A DNA stretch of 62,893 nt, filler included, from Phoronis australis (GCA_002633005.1; 6 parts of 6 records of this genome joined end to end with filler, not necessarily neighbours in it), one strand, 5' to 3'; positions 36,067 to 49,375 are shown, numbered from the whole stretch's first letter. Numbers and translations: made by a program. Notes: generated from the sequence alone by a model not told the origin.

Positions 36067-37018
36067 TGGGTAATTAGGCTAGGGCCTGACAAGATTTTTG
36101 TCGCATCCAAGACAAAATATAGTCTGTATAGGGCGCCCCAATTTTGTAACTAAAAAGTCATGCTTTTGAACATTGTTGATAGAAGTGTTGTGACAGTAAT
36201 TTGTCAGAAAAAATTACTCCGTTACTGAACATTTGAAGGTCAGTTAAGTGAGCGCTTAGTCAGCCTGGCCAAAAAGTTGACACAATGCAGACACAAGGAT
36301 CTCATGAAGGGAGCTAGTGCAACTATGTGCTTCGCTTGTGATACATGGCAATATCTCACAGTCATGAGTGATCTTGTGCTTTTGCCAGGTAATCACATCT
36401 GCAGAACGTAAACATATTTTACAAAGAGATGTCTCACTCGCTGAAACAGAAAACCCTGACAAAGTGTGCGCTAGCATCATAAGACAGAGCACTGACAGGA
36501 GATTGGAAGCAATTACTTTACACACAGATTTTAGTTCTAGTGTTGGTTAATACAGTTTACATTGTGATGACTACATTGTCTTTAATCAACAGTTTACACA
36601 CAGCTGAGCACTAAACCTTTATAATACAAGCCATGAAGTTTGACACAGCAATAGCTACACCCCAAATTCAACTCTTCTCTGCTGCGAAAGCAGAGAAAAA
36701 AGAATTATGTAAATGACCAAGTTTTTTAAAGGTTTAGTCCCTTTTGAACTGATTTATAGCACCCATTTCAGCTTATCAGTTTCTTATGTTGGGATTGCAT
36801 CACATTATACATTAGTAAAATTTTATTGACACCAGAATGATGAATAGCGAACCAATGTGGATGTAAAATAGTGATGAAGATAGCAAAAGTGAGACAACTG
36901 TCCTCCTCAGCAATGTAGGTAAATACTGCAAAATTGAGGGTTCTACAAGATTTGATGATGAATCAAACTTCTAACTATGATACTTTAATGAACACGAGAC
37001 AAAATGTTAATGACTGAC

Positions 37019-37121
37019 CTGTTGAGATCCTGTATTTTCATCTGCTGCCTTAATATAGCCTCGCTTAATATGCGTATAGTCAGGTAATACATAGTCTCTT
37101 GTGATGGCACTGCCTCTTAAC
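37019..37121 (-). CDS. ACTR6: Actin-related protein 6, coding exon 7
   Basis: LRGSAITRDYVLPDYTHIKRGYIKAADENTGSQQ; AG/GT boundaries. Confidence 0.9.
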
Positions 37122-38152
37122 CTGTCACACAGAAGACAATGTTAAACAGCCAGCTAACATGGTAACTAGTGTTTGACAAACTGTAACATACGTTTGTCAC
37201 GTATCATGTTTTACAAGTAGGGGAGTTGAAGGTGTATAGAGAGAAAGAGTTGCGTAGGTTATACAGACTGCTGAAATGAGCCCGCTGCATGCTTTTAGTC
37301 AGAATGTTTAACCTTTTCACATGTCAATCATTTGCTACAAGAGTTGAAATACTACTTTCAGAAGTAAATAATTTTTTAGTGATCTTTACTGTGGACGGAT
37401 AATTCTCAGAATCACAACGTTGAATAGAAATAACTGTCCATTATGTGGCCTATATAACACTGGGATGTAGGACTTCGACCATGTGTTGGCTGATTTCAAA
37501 AAATCTAAGCCGATGGTAAATGTGATTCGTATAATGACAAGTTAAAAAGGTACTAAACTCAGGTGTGCAGATATCAGGCATCATTCGTTTTACAACTAAA
37601 ATGTTATGTAAAAGAACACAGTAATAAGGAAGATAAAACTACAACACATCTTTAACTTCCTCTGGCTCAAACAGCCACTTTTGAATTTTTTAGCCAAAAC
37701 ATTCATTAGCAACATTATGATTGAGCAAAAATTTGCACGGAGTTGTCAAAGTTGCTTTGGTTTCAAAGAAGTAAATGATCCATTAGTCGTTACTGTCTTA
37801 AACATGGCTACATTTAAATTTAGTTCCTCATGCATATGGTAAATTCTCCCAAAGTATGCACAAAAATAATTCCCAAAATTGACCATATTCAGGTTCTTTG
37901 AATATTAATATGAATTCGTGGAATTTTTAAATGATGGTACCTACGGTATTAAAGTTAAAAATGATAAAGTATTAATTCTGACCTATTAAAACTTCACATG
38001 TCCATCACGTTGCGCCATATACTGGTTTCATTTTATTGTACATGCCCTTCGCTTTACCTTGACAAATACACAAAGTGAGTAGACACTCAGCTGACACATT
38101 CCTGCACCTGATTTCTTTGATTAAATTTTCCAAAAGAAATCCCTAGCTTTAC

Positions 38153-38308
38153 CTTGACAATTCCATATCCTTCATGAACTGAGTAGATACATAGCAGACG
38201 TCCTCCTTCATCTGATTGATCACGTATGTCTCATCCATGACCATTAACTGACGATATGAGATGACTTCCTTCATGTGATTGGTCAGCATTTTACCCCCAA
38301 CGTTTACT
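38153..38308 (-). CDS. ACTR6: Actin-related protein 6, coding exon 6
   Basis: [51 protein letters not shown]; AG/GT boundaries. Confidence 0.95.
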
Positions 38309-38332
38309 CTAAAATGTAGAAAAGTCACCGAC

Positions 38333-38622
38333 CAGGGGTCTGTTTCAGGAAAAGTGACTTAAGACTTGAGACAGTAATTTGGTCTTACACTCTAACTTCA
38401 CAATTGGCAAATAAAGGCTTAGTCGTGTAACCATTAGCACATCACAACCTGGAAATAATTTTGTACAAACATTCTCAGTAGGTAGCAGTTATTGGTATAT
38501 TTTCAGAGACTTTATTCTTTTACTAAAGTGAGATTTTAATTATTTTTCAGAAATAGTTATGTGGAACGCAAGAGCAAATTTCTGTCTTAAGTATTAAGTC
38601 AATTTTCATGAAACAAACCCAA
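38333..38622. mobile_element. MITE (second copy at ~49541-49813)
   Basis: GGGTCTGTTTCAGGAAAAGTGACTTAAGACTTGAGACAG inverted as CTGTCTTAAGTATTAAGTCAATTTTCATGAAACAAACCC. Confidence 0.7.
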
Positions 38623-39027
38623 GTGCATCCAAAATCACTAGAAAGCAAAGTTCACTTCATGAAATGGGAGTGACTATCTCTGTATTTGTCTACATCCCAG
38701 ACACAAATGAAGAGGCAAAGTAAGTTATCACCCACGGTATTTAAGAGATGAAAGTAATGAAAAATAGACGTGTTGTCCGTCAAATATTAGTTCCTTTCTT
38801 CCAAAATGTCAAAATGCCCATGAAATAGTACTAATACCACTACATATCTAGTTTGGTTAAATTAACCATTCTATGAATAAAATTTACAACCATGCTCATC
38901 AAATCAAAGAAATTCATATTTTAAGAACTGCAGTTAATTCCGCAACTTGTGTCCCTCTAATAACAATTCCTCCATCCAATCGGGGTCAAACTAAGTAAAG
39001 AAGGTGTGCTCAGAACGAGGAAGATAC

Positions 39028-39166
39028 CTTTTTGTTGCTTCTTTAATCTTCTTTCCTTTAAAGTACGGCACAATGTGAGTGAATGAGTACCCTGAGTCAA
39101 CCACTAGACAACACAGTTGTTTCTCTTCACTCTCTTTCTGTCTCTTGTATTGACTTAAATAGCTTG
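39028..39166 (-). CDS. ACTR6: Actin-related protein 6, coding exon 5
   Basis: SYLSQYKRQKESEEKQLCCLVVDSGYSFTHIVPYFKGKKIKEATK; AG/GT boundaries. Confidence 0.95.
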
Positions 39167-39799
39167 CTGCAAGAATGTTAATTTTGTGTTAATAACTGTC
39201 AAGTGCATTCTGAACAAAAATAAAAAATGCACACCAGTATTCATTTCATAGTGAATGATTACATGATATCAGAACTGAACAAGAAAATCTTCAAATTCGA
39301 AAGCTTAGTAAAGGTAAAATCACATTTCTTGTTCCAAGACAACAAAGTAATGTATTACAAATTGGTCTAGGAATCCATGTGTAATGTAAATGTTGTGGAA
39401 TTAGTGTACAGGTCTACAGTATCTGGACACATTGTCTGTATGCAATTCAAATGCTACTTTGGGCTTCTGGCCTTAGATGTGAAAAATGTTGAACTAAGTA
39501 AATTGATCAGGCTAAGGAAAATTTGTGAGGTATCCTGGCAGGCTCAATCAAATATCTGAGAAAGCTGAGAACACCATAATCTTTATCATCACCAGAAAAC
39601 CACTGAAGTTGTGTCCAGGTCACTCAAACACCGGATGTTCTAATATACATGTCGTCATCTCAGCCTTTCCATTGACTTTAGCATTGCTTTTTGTAAGCGG
39701 TTCACTCAATGTTAGTAGTTTAATTCAATCATAATTCATTTCTGCAAGACACCAATTACAATTTGTAACTGGTAAGTAGTTTAACTATTAAACAGTTAC

Positions 39800-39923
39800 C
39801 ATTGGCTCTGAGTATTGACTGGAATTCATACTCCTCAAATAAGATTTCATCAACTGCTTCTTGCAAACTTAAAAAATTGAAATATGGCTCTGTTAGAATA
39901 ATACCGCTTGATGAAAAATCCAC
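39800..39923 (-). CDS. ACTR6: Actin-related protein 6, coding exon 4
   Basis: VDFSSSGIILTEPYFNFLSLQEAVDEILFEEYEFQSILRAN; AG/GT boundaries. Confidence 0.95.
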
Positions 39924-40694
39924 CTGAAATATAAACAAAATAGATAAGAAAATTACAAACTTTCAGAAAAGTCAAGTGACACAAGAAAGACTTGAGTTCT
40001 AGCACAATGTGGTCGCCAAGTTTCACAACAAACCTACACACGACCACAAATATTTTAAGGCTGCTCTGCACGCCACCTGTTAGCCATACCACATGACCTA
40101 ATCAGTACAAGTCTGAAAATTTTTCTGCCACGATCGTGACTGAAACCCAGGACCTACAATTAACCATTCAGATGCTAAAACCCACTAAGCCATCAAGACC
40201 ACTGGTCAAACACAAAAATCTATCAGTCTTAATAGTGGGCATCCTGCTCTTGAACTCCTGAATGTATATAAATATGTAAAACTTATACCGGAGTGAAATA
40301 AAGATTTACATATTCATATAAACCTAAACAAATTAAATTCGCTGTAAACCATGTGCAGGAACCTGTTTCTCAGTGAGTTTATTGGCTTTTGTCTTTTGAC
40401 TTTAAGCTAAAAACCAGTCTATGAATGGCTTAGCTTGTTTCTCACAAAAACTGGCTGAAAGTCAGAAAAAGTCGGAAATTTGTTCTTATGCTCCACACAA
40501 CAATTTCAGTACTTGGGAAAAAATGCAATTGATGTTGAAAGTAAGAGAATGACCCCATGGCATAGTTTTTTGAGACACTGTTAAATTCACTGTAAGTTTA
40601 AGTCAAGCAGAACTGATAAGTTTGAATGTGAGAGTGAATGGTTTATCTTCCTCACGTGATTAGTTAATTTTTATTGTTTCATTGAAATACATAT

Positions 40695-41474
40695 AAAAAA
40701 CAACAGCAACGTGGAGTTTTGAAATGTGCCCACAAGAGCACCACAAATGGTATGCTTCTGTGATAGTTTTAGTATCACGAAAATGGCCATTAGATGGCAC
40801 AGAATATGTCAAACCCGTCCAAAATTGGGACAATGGTGTCATCATTCTGATACAAAACTATTTTTTAAATTTCATGAAGATAAACCAAGGAACTCCAAAG
40901 AAACAGAGGCAAACATAAAAAATATAATTGACACTAGGGGGCACAGTTATAGTCCGATTGTTCTGAAACTAGTGGTCATATGTTGCCAACTCCATAGGAT
41001 TAGTGTCATCTGCCAAATTTCGAAAAGATCCTTCGAAGAGTAACGAGATATAGCCATAAACGCGAAAAAACAAAATTGCCCCTAGGCAACAACAGAGTAA
41101 TTGAAACCCTTCAAAAATCAACAAAAGTGGCTACAAGGTGGCGTAAAATATGTCAAATCTGACCAAAAATGGAATGGCGTCGCCATCCCCTTAATAAAAG
41201 CCTATTTCATGAAATTCCATCAAGGAACTTCAAAGATACAGAGGCAAATGTAAAAAAAACTAAAATTGCAACTAATTATGGAGCATTGTGGTTGTCCGAT
41301 CAAAATTCTTCATCACCTGTTGTCAGCTCCATAGGAACACACTTGCTTAATTTCAGTAAGATCCTGCTAGGGGTTTAGGAGATACAGCAGTGGACACCGG
41401 ACAATGAATGGTGGATGCCCAAAGATTATGAAAATATGCACCCACAAAATTATAAATATGTGTGCGCATAAAAA
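40695..41474 (-). mobile_element. Non-autonomous Helentron-like (HINE-type) element with two internal repeat units
   Basis: Terminal imperfect palindrome ATGCACCCACA..TGTGTGCGCAT followed by AAAAA; internal units at ~40780-41060 and ~41130-41390; related to 35400-36066. Confidence 0.55.
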
Positions 41475-41552
41475 TATTTCAGAAAATCGCATCAAATGAG
41501 GGTTATATGGCAAGATTTACAAAGCAATTTGAAGCTGTAATAGGCTGATATA

Positions 41553-42229
41553 AGGCCTGTTCAGGCAACTCTTTTTTGCAGAAAATTTTGCACAATATTT
41601 TGCGGAATCGGGATTGTGGAAAAAACTATCACGCGAATGCAAAAATACCGCAATCCCAGTTCCACCAAATTTTGTGGAGTTTATTACAGAAAAACACTTC
41701 AGACGCTATGACAGTTGTTTACACAACCTTGATGATTAATTACTCGTCACATACTTGACACAAACCGGAAGATTGATGACGCGTTTATCGCACTGTGCAT
41801 GGTACAAGAATTCCCGCTTTATGTCCAAAAACTCTCGAAATCTCTCTCATCTCGAGCTGTAAAAATTTGGTTTATCTAAAAATATGGTCTGATGCAGAGT
41901 CTGAGTTACTCATCGTCATGTGGAGGGAAGCCGTATTGGATGGCCAGCCATCTGGGACGAAGAAGAATGGACCGGCTTTCGTGGAATCAATAACGAACGT
42001 GAGGTAACTAGGCAAAATTCAGTTCTGTTCAATCAGTTGATGAGTCATAAGTCCTTGTAAATATCTGCATTCGTGTCAGCGTCGTATTCTTTTCCTTCCG
42101 TTGGTATTTTCATTTGATAGAAATTGCGGAATTGAGAAGAGTCGCATGAACACTCGTGGACTGTAGAAATTTTGGCAGAATGGAATTGTGCATTTTTTCT
42201 TCAAAGCTTTTCCTCGAGTGAACGGGCCT
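41553..42229. mobile_element. PIF/Harbinger-like MITE
   Basis: ATA|AGGCCTGTTCA ... TGAACGGGCCT|ATA: short TIR with a 3-bp TSD. Confidence 0.6.
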
Positions 42230-42380
42230 ATACAGTGCCCGTATTTTGAGAACCAGTTTTCTGCAATGAATAACAGGCATCAACTGGTTCTCAAAATGCA
42301 ACCACGTCATATCAGACCATTGCCATAGCCAGTAGGTGTTCTATAACCATACTTTCATGTCAAAAAGTCCAACAGCTTAC

Positions 42381-42449
42381 CTTCAAGACATCTTTTCCAA
42401 ACATATAATCCCAAACTTGTTTCTCTATTTCCCAGTTTGTTAAGTAACC
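42381..42449 (-). CDS. ACTR6: Actin-related protein 6, coding exon 3
   Basis: GYLTNWEIEKQVWDYMFGKDVLK; CAG/GTAAG boundaries. Confidence 0.93.
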
Positions 42450-42929
42450 CTGGAATGTTCAAAATAAGATGAGGCTCAGTACGTTAAATAACCCTGGAAT
42501 GTTCAAAATAAGACATTGAACCATTTGCCTATTCCCACTTCTCTGCAGTGAGTGAGAGAACCTTTCAAATTTCGCTGGACAGAACCACTCTATCGCATGT
42601 TACCTAGTTCCTGTGCAGCTATGGCTGGTTGTAGTTTATTCAGAGAATTACAAGTTAAGTGCCAAGGACACAAGTGCATGTCCGCAACAGTCAGGGCCTG
42701 ACTTTACAACCTTAACAGGTTTGTCGTTCATGATAATCAGACGCCAACTGCCATGAATCATTCAGAATTGGTGGATGTGAAATCACTTGTGATTATTTAT
42801 TGTTTTGTAATTTTTCTTTTGGTCAGTACGACACCAATCGTAATCATGATAAGTTGATACTGGAAATGACCCTGAGATATGGAACACATCATTGCTAGTT
42901 GATCTTTTATAGCGGAATAAAGAACATAC

Positions 42930-43047
42930 TTTTTGAAATGGAAGTAGAAAATAAAGTCCTGACAGATCTTTACATTCGTCAATTTGGGAGCCGGTGAACA
43001 CTCGACTCTTGACATTCTTGGCTTTTGTCACGCAGTTGGGTATCAGT
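42930..43047 (-). CDS. ACTR6: Actin-related protein 6, coding exon 2
   Basis: LIPNCVTKAKNVKSRVFTGSQIDECKDLSGLYFLLPFQK; AG/GT boundaries. Confidence 0.93.
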
Positions 43048-43338
43048 CTGAAAATACAAATAGTATGCACAAACAATACTGCACAACACATTCCATACGA
43101 ATGTCCCACAGAGGTGGCGTGTACACAGCAAACAAGCAATCAACATGGGTATTACTCTTGGTCAGACTATTGTACAAATACCATATGGTATTGTCAAGTC
43201 AACAGTGCTACTAGTGGATACAATAAGTTAAAAGTTGATTTTCAGTCAGAGTTCTGACCAGGGAATGACACACGCAGTAATTTGGTGTCCACTTGGTATT
43301 TCCTGGGACTAGGTACAAAAACAGCTCTGGATCGCTCT

Positions 43339-44602
43339 CGGCTAAATCACAATCAAGGTCCATATTCGAGAGTTGACTGTGTTACGGTCTAAAATAAATT
43401 TTTTTGGTCACTTACGAAATGAATCTCATATGCATAGAGTTATTTAGTTGTGCAAATTAAAAAAGAATCATCAAAATCGGACAATGTTTGAGAAATTTAT
43501 GCATGTCTTTTGTCTATGAATTTCATGCGTTTTTAGCATGAGTGACCATTTTAAAAATTACAATTTTCAGCTGTTAAAAATAGAAAAGAAATTTATTTTA
43601 TTAAGTAAGCAATTGCTTTGATATGACACGGAATAACTTGAGTCACTTTCAGAATCACTTACATGAAGTTGTGCTTAATCATTGAGAAATGGTAGGGTTC
43701 ATCATAAAACAGACACTCGTTACGAAATTTGTAAATTCTGTTTGTAACCCTCACCTACTGTAAAAAAGGTTAAAACCTAAAGTTCATGATCTGTAATAAA
43801 AAGAACTGCAGAATATGTTAGCCTAGGCAACACAGCAAATTATTCAATATCTAAACAAACCAAAAGTTTGGGTATTGGCTGGGTTTTGCTATGTTGAAAA
43901 TGGACCAAAAAGGCTAACAAAATGTAGTGTACGTACCCCCATGTGGAATTCAGTAACACAAATGCTTATTGCACATGAAATTATTGCCTTTTAAATAACA
44001 ACATGGTGCTTATCATCACCAAAGAAAAACAAATGGCCATACAACATTATGTTACCAAGTGATGCAGAATTCGTGAAGTAGTGTACGTACCCCCTTTTGT
44101 TGTGTACGTACCCCTTTTTGTAGTGTACGTAACCCCATGTTTACAGGCAAAAAGCACCAATAAAGATTTTGAAAAAAGTAGATACTTGTCATTTTCTTTT
44201 TGTAAGAATTGTATTGCAAGAGAAGTTCTCATTATACTGTGTTAAGATATGCAATGTATCATCATCTAGAACAACTTGATCACCACCGTAATAACTTTTC
44301 TTACTTTAGTATGTCATACTTCTTCAATTTGATCAAGAACTTATTAAATTAACAGCTACCTTATGAATTCTTGCATGGTAGGAGTGGGCTGTGACCACAA
44401 GTTGTAGAGTACGTACCCTTTTATACAACTGCGATGCTTTAGGCCATAAAATTTTATTCGGTGGTTCTTGTGCAAAAATATTTTAGATTACAAAGCTGGA
44501 ATGATGGTACTTTAAAATAACCCAGCTTTTACAGTTACATGACAACCTTCATTTTTCACCAAAAGTGGCCACCGAATATGGACCTTGATTGTGATTTAGC
44601 CG
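43339..44602. mobile_element. Unclassified non-autonomous DNA transposon with perfect 30-bp TIRs and 3-bp TSD
   Basis: TCT|CGGCTAAATCACAATCAAGGTCCATATTCG ... CGAATATGGACCTTGATTGTGATTTAGCCG|TCT; internal GTAGTGTACGTACCC repeats. Confidence 0.85.
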
Positions 44603-44692
44603 TCTGTGTAAGAAATAAGTGAAATGACATCTGACAAAAAATCATTCTTATTACAAACCACAATGTTCCTTGAGTAAATAGATCTGTTTATA

Positions 44693-45810
44693 CCGTAATC
44701 GTTCGGGTTAACGCCCATGCTCAGTTAACCGCCCACCCCTACTTTAGGTGGATTTTCGATTTAACCGCCCACTGCTCGGTTAACCGCCCCCCTGCTATTT
44801 TTGAAGATTTCCAATTAAGCGCCCACCTCTCGGTTAAGCGCCCATCCCCTACTTTTGACGATTGGTGATTACCGCCCTGTGCTAATAGGAAACGCGAATC
44901 CCCGACCTTTTAGATTAAGATCGATGATAACATTGAGTGCAACGACGGCCTCAGAGACCGCGGTTTAGCAATGTGAATTATGATACCAGTAACAAATTAT
45001 TGTAACGGGTCATCGATTAACTTCAAAATGTAATACTTGAACACTTTGTCACTTTCTTTTCTTCTCATGTTCGCAAACTTTAGGAACCGCGCTGGCGTCT
45101 ACACCTCNNNNNNNNNNNNNNNNNNNNNNNNNNNNNNNNNNNNNNNNNNNNNNNNNNNNNNNNNNNNNNNNNNNNNNNNNNNNNNNNNNNNNNNNNNNNN
45201 NNNNNNNNNNNNNNNNNNNNNNNNNNNNNNNNNNNNNNNNNNNNNNNNNNNNNNNNNNNNNNNNNNNNNNNNNNNNNNNNNNNNNNNNNNNNNNNNNNNN
45301 NNNNNNNNNNNNNNNNNNNNNNNNNNNNNNNNNNNNNNNNNNNNNNNNNNNNNNNNNNNNNNNNNNNNNNNNNNNNNNNNNNNNNNNNNNNNNNNNNNNN
45401 NNNNNNNNNNNNNNNNNNNNNNNNNNNNNNNNNNNNNNNNNNNNNNNNNNNNNNNNNNNNNNNNNNNNNNNNNNNNNNNNNNNNNNNNNNNNNNNNNNNN
45501 NNNNNNNNNNNNNNNNNNNNNNNNNNNNNNNNNNNNNNNNNNNNNNNNNNNNNNNNNNNNNNNNNNNNNNNNNNNNNNNNNNNNNNNNNNNNNNNNNNNN
45601 NNNNNNNNNNNNNNNNNNNNNNNNNNNNNNNNNNNNNNNNNNNNNNNNNNNNNNNNNNNNNNNNNNNNNNNNNNNNNNNNNNNNNNNNNNNNNNNNNNNN
45701 NNNNNNNNNNNNNNNNNNCGTTTAAGCGCCCATGTCTGGTTAACCGCCCACCCCCGATTTTTTGGGTTCGCCAATTTAACCGCCCAGGGCGTTAACCCGA
45801 ACGATTACGG
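44693..45810. mobile_element. Tc1/mariner/pogo-like MITE (TA TSD), centre in an N gap
   Basis: TA|CCGTAATCGTTCGGGTTAACGCCC ... GGGCGTTAACCCGAACGATTACGG|TA; subterminal TTAACCGCCC repeats; gap at 45108-45718. Confidence 0.85.
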
Positions 45811-48502
45811 TAGTTCTAAAACATTGTTCCTGTTGCGGTATTCTGCACATAAACTTGCAGAGCCTTCATATGCATAAGCTTTTAGAACTACATTGTAATC
45901 TGTTGACTAATTATTTCTGGTTTTGCTAATTCTTTAATTAACTGTTTTCCTTTCACAAAGTTATATGCAGGAAATTATGAGAATTTTTTCTATTTGTAGG
46001 CAGTTTTGAGTATGTACAACGAGCAAACCAAATGTCTGAACAAATCTTGCTGCAGCAAAGTTATCATATATATGTTGTTTTGTCACAAAAAGGTTAGCAA
46101 CTGACTTGTGTGTACCATGAGCATACAGACAAGCTTCTTGCTATAAGAGGAGTGTAGTTTTTCATGGCACTTACTTTGAGTCAGATGATATTTTACTTAA
46201 TTTCAATCCATAGCAGTGTTCTACTTATACTGGGACCCATGCGTTCTGAAGACACAAGACATTCACAAGTGAAATGATTGTGATTACGTGCCTTGCCACT
46301 TTTGTATGACAATATCTCTTGCCTTTCTCGCCGTACAGAATGCAGCTCAGCTTTGTATCAAGGCTAGCAGGCAAGGCCAGGGCAAAGGTGTTCGAGACAT
46401 TTTTTTTTCAGAAATACTACTTGTGTTATATACATCATTAGTAAGCTCTTTGGGAGAAAAAGACAATGATGAAAAATTAGTAGTAAAGAAAATGTCACTT
46501 TTGTAATAAACTTTTTAGAGATCTATGAAGTTAAACATCGTCGAATGTGAGGTAAACTAATGAATGTGGTGTCAATAATATGAATGCTGTCAGTATGTCA
46601 TTTTAACGAACTTCACACCGGACCATTTTCAAAGAATTGTTTTTGAAATTGGTTGTGGCATTTCAACTTTCAATGGAGATTTCATTACACAGTCTGTGTA
46701 TTAATGTGGTCAAATGTTGAGGACGTGAAATAAAAGTGATTATTTTAGAAAAACGAATTACGTTATTTTAAGTCCGTACTAATGACAAAAATGGGTAATT
46801 AGAAAAATAAATACCACTTTTTCAGACATCACCATTTCTTAATATGACGACTGCTCCATTTTTACAGTTATCACCTGAAAATGCACACCCTACCACCATT
46901 TGTTTCACAAGCGCTCTACTTGGTCTTCAATCAAGGCCTATATCTAATCTAGTTAACAATCAGTCTACAGGTGTCCTCAAGGAAGGTAGCAACGGGTCAA
47001 ACGTACGAAAAGAATATTACATCCCTTCCTTCCACAAAAGATGAACAATATTTCCAAATCCAGAAATTGAGTTAAAAGGGAATCAGATGGCATCATCAAA
47101 GACAAGAAGACAAATCTGGCACTTCAAATGAAATACCTGTGCTGAGCTGTTGATTTTTTACCAAGGACAAGTTGTCACTCATGGGAAGTAGGCAATTACA
47201 TCTCCTGCAGACCCTGCAGGCATCCACAGCCGATGGCATATCCCCATAAAAAATTATTTATTTCCAAATACAGCAAATAACATCGAATGGAACATGCATA
47301 CATACACAGTGGGTTAGAATTAATACATACCATGACTGGCAACAATTTAGTCAACATAATTTGAACATATCCACGAAAATCTGGCAATATTCAAACTTCC
47401 CTCGCCAGGTGCCATTTTGAGAAATTTATGCAAAATCACGCCAGTTCACAAACAAAAAATCCAAGGGACACAGATCTTACCGCACTGCCATGCCATTAGA
47501 TCAATGGGCATCTGTACACGACCACGCTTATGTGAAACTTAAGCGCATTATTTCGGATATAGACCCATGGTCCTAAAGGTGCGACATTATAGTAAGCTAT
47601 TGTTCATGAAAAGCAAGTTAATTTTTTAAAAGAAAACGGGTTCACCGGGGACCGAGGACATTATGTGGGTTTAAATACGAGACTTAGGCACATACACCAA
47701 TATGGTAAACACTTGGGTTAAAAAAGGCCATGAAAATGGGCATTATTTTGGATATAAGCCCATAGTTCCACAAGACATCCTCTCGTGTTACATTTTGTAA
47801 GAGTCAGCCGTCAGGTCACGTCCTCTGCAAATCTCACCAGACCTACATTGGTTCTTTGTAGCTATACTCCCGTTTTTACTTGAGGTATATACCTGAGATA
47901 TGTCATAAAAGATCGAAATAACATACCATAGGGCATAGGTCAGAGATATAGGTCCCTGATTTAGAGGGCACTGGTTGAATTTTGCGGTCCTTGATATATA
48001 GAAACAGGGCATTAGTCAGATGTAGCAGTCCCACTTTAATCTTTAAACAACCATAATGTCTTCAATTTTTAACCTAGAATCATAATTTTACCATCCACGT
48101 ATTCATTGAACATATTCAAATTGTTGTGTGGTGTCTGTTTTGCCACACACTTTTTAAATTATCGACTTTGAAGACTTCATCCACACTCAGCAACCCGTTC
48201 AATGACAAGTTTCATCCACTCAGTAACCATCCCGTAATTCAGTGATTGCCTGGTTTCTAAATCAAGGACTGCTATATCTGACCTGTGCCGATGCAGAGAA
48301 CAACTTGAACAATGCAAAACAATGCAAAATTTTGCAAAACAATGCAAGTTTTATCCATTGGCGGTCTTAGTCTTAGATTTAACGAGCAGGTTATACACTG
48401 ATTGCAGGGTGTCTGGTTACATAACTCAGGGACCGTTCTATTCGACCAGTGCCCAGCAGTGAAAAACAAACTACGTATTTTTGTATGTTTAACTAGCACT
48501 AC

Positions 48503-48579
48503 CTCGGTTCCTCTTGTTTACAATGTCCCACTTTTGCTGTTGACGCGCCGTTATCCAACACAACCATGGACGTCGCCAT
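48503..48579 (-). CDS. ACTR6: Actin-related protein 6, first coding exon
   Basis: MATSMVVLDNGASTAKVGHCKQEEP (actin-fold phosphate-1 motif DNG); start context AAGATGG; phase-2 GT donor; the eight exons splice in frame. Confidence 0.92.
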
Positions 48580-48857
48580 CTTGAATTTAGTGAACCCTGG
48601 TGGCAGAGTAGTAAACTACGAACTTCACGAGCGTGGCGTTGTTGTACGTGAACTTGGAATCCAGGCATGCGTTTAGTAGACGCTAGGACCTAGGAGGTAT
48701 TATACTGGACAAAAACTGTCTCAAAACGGAACGTCAAAACGGTGACGTCATCGATATCGGAGCTCTTCATGCTGGATGTTAGTGCTGCCCTCTGCCATCT
48801 GCTACTAATCTGTGGTACTTGGAAGTGTTTTGTCGTGCTTTTGGACACTTAATCATG

Positions 48858-48957
48858 NNNNNNNNNNNNNNNNNNNNNNNNNNNNNNNNNNNNNNNNNNN
48901 NTTAATTAATTAANNNNNNNNNNNNNNNNNNNNNNNNNNNNNNNNNNNNNNNNNNNN
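48858..48957. other. Artificial contig spacer
   Basis: 44N + TTAATTAATTAA + 44N. Confidence 0.97.
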
Positions 48958-49375
48958 ATCATCTTCCCAAAAACACTGATTAGCCGTGTTCCTCTGGCAC
49001 TGAGGGGCAGGGCTGGCACTGAAGGGCAGGGCTGGTTGAAAAGTGAAAAGACCTGTCCTGGTGATGACAGTGCCAAATTCCATGAATATCCAACCAGGGG
49101 TTCATAAAATATTAAACAGACAACTGAATGTTCTAAATTGCTGGCACAGGATGACCACAAAACCACATAACATGTCTGGTAAATGTAGGAGGGCAAATAA
49201 ACATCAAACAGATTATTAGAAACAGGCTTGCACTACATTTATGTATACAAAAGATGTGATTATCATGAATTCAAAAAATATTGGTCTACAGTTAATATTT
49301 TAAAAGTTTTACAAGAAGTTAGATCCTTGGTAATGAAGGCAGTTATTACCTTCATGGCTAAGTACAAATTCTTAC

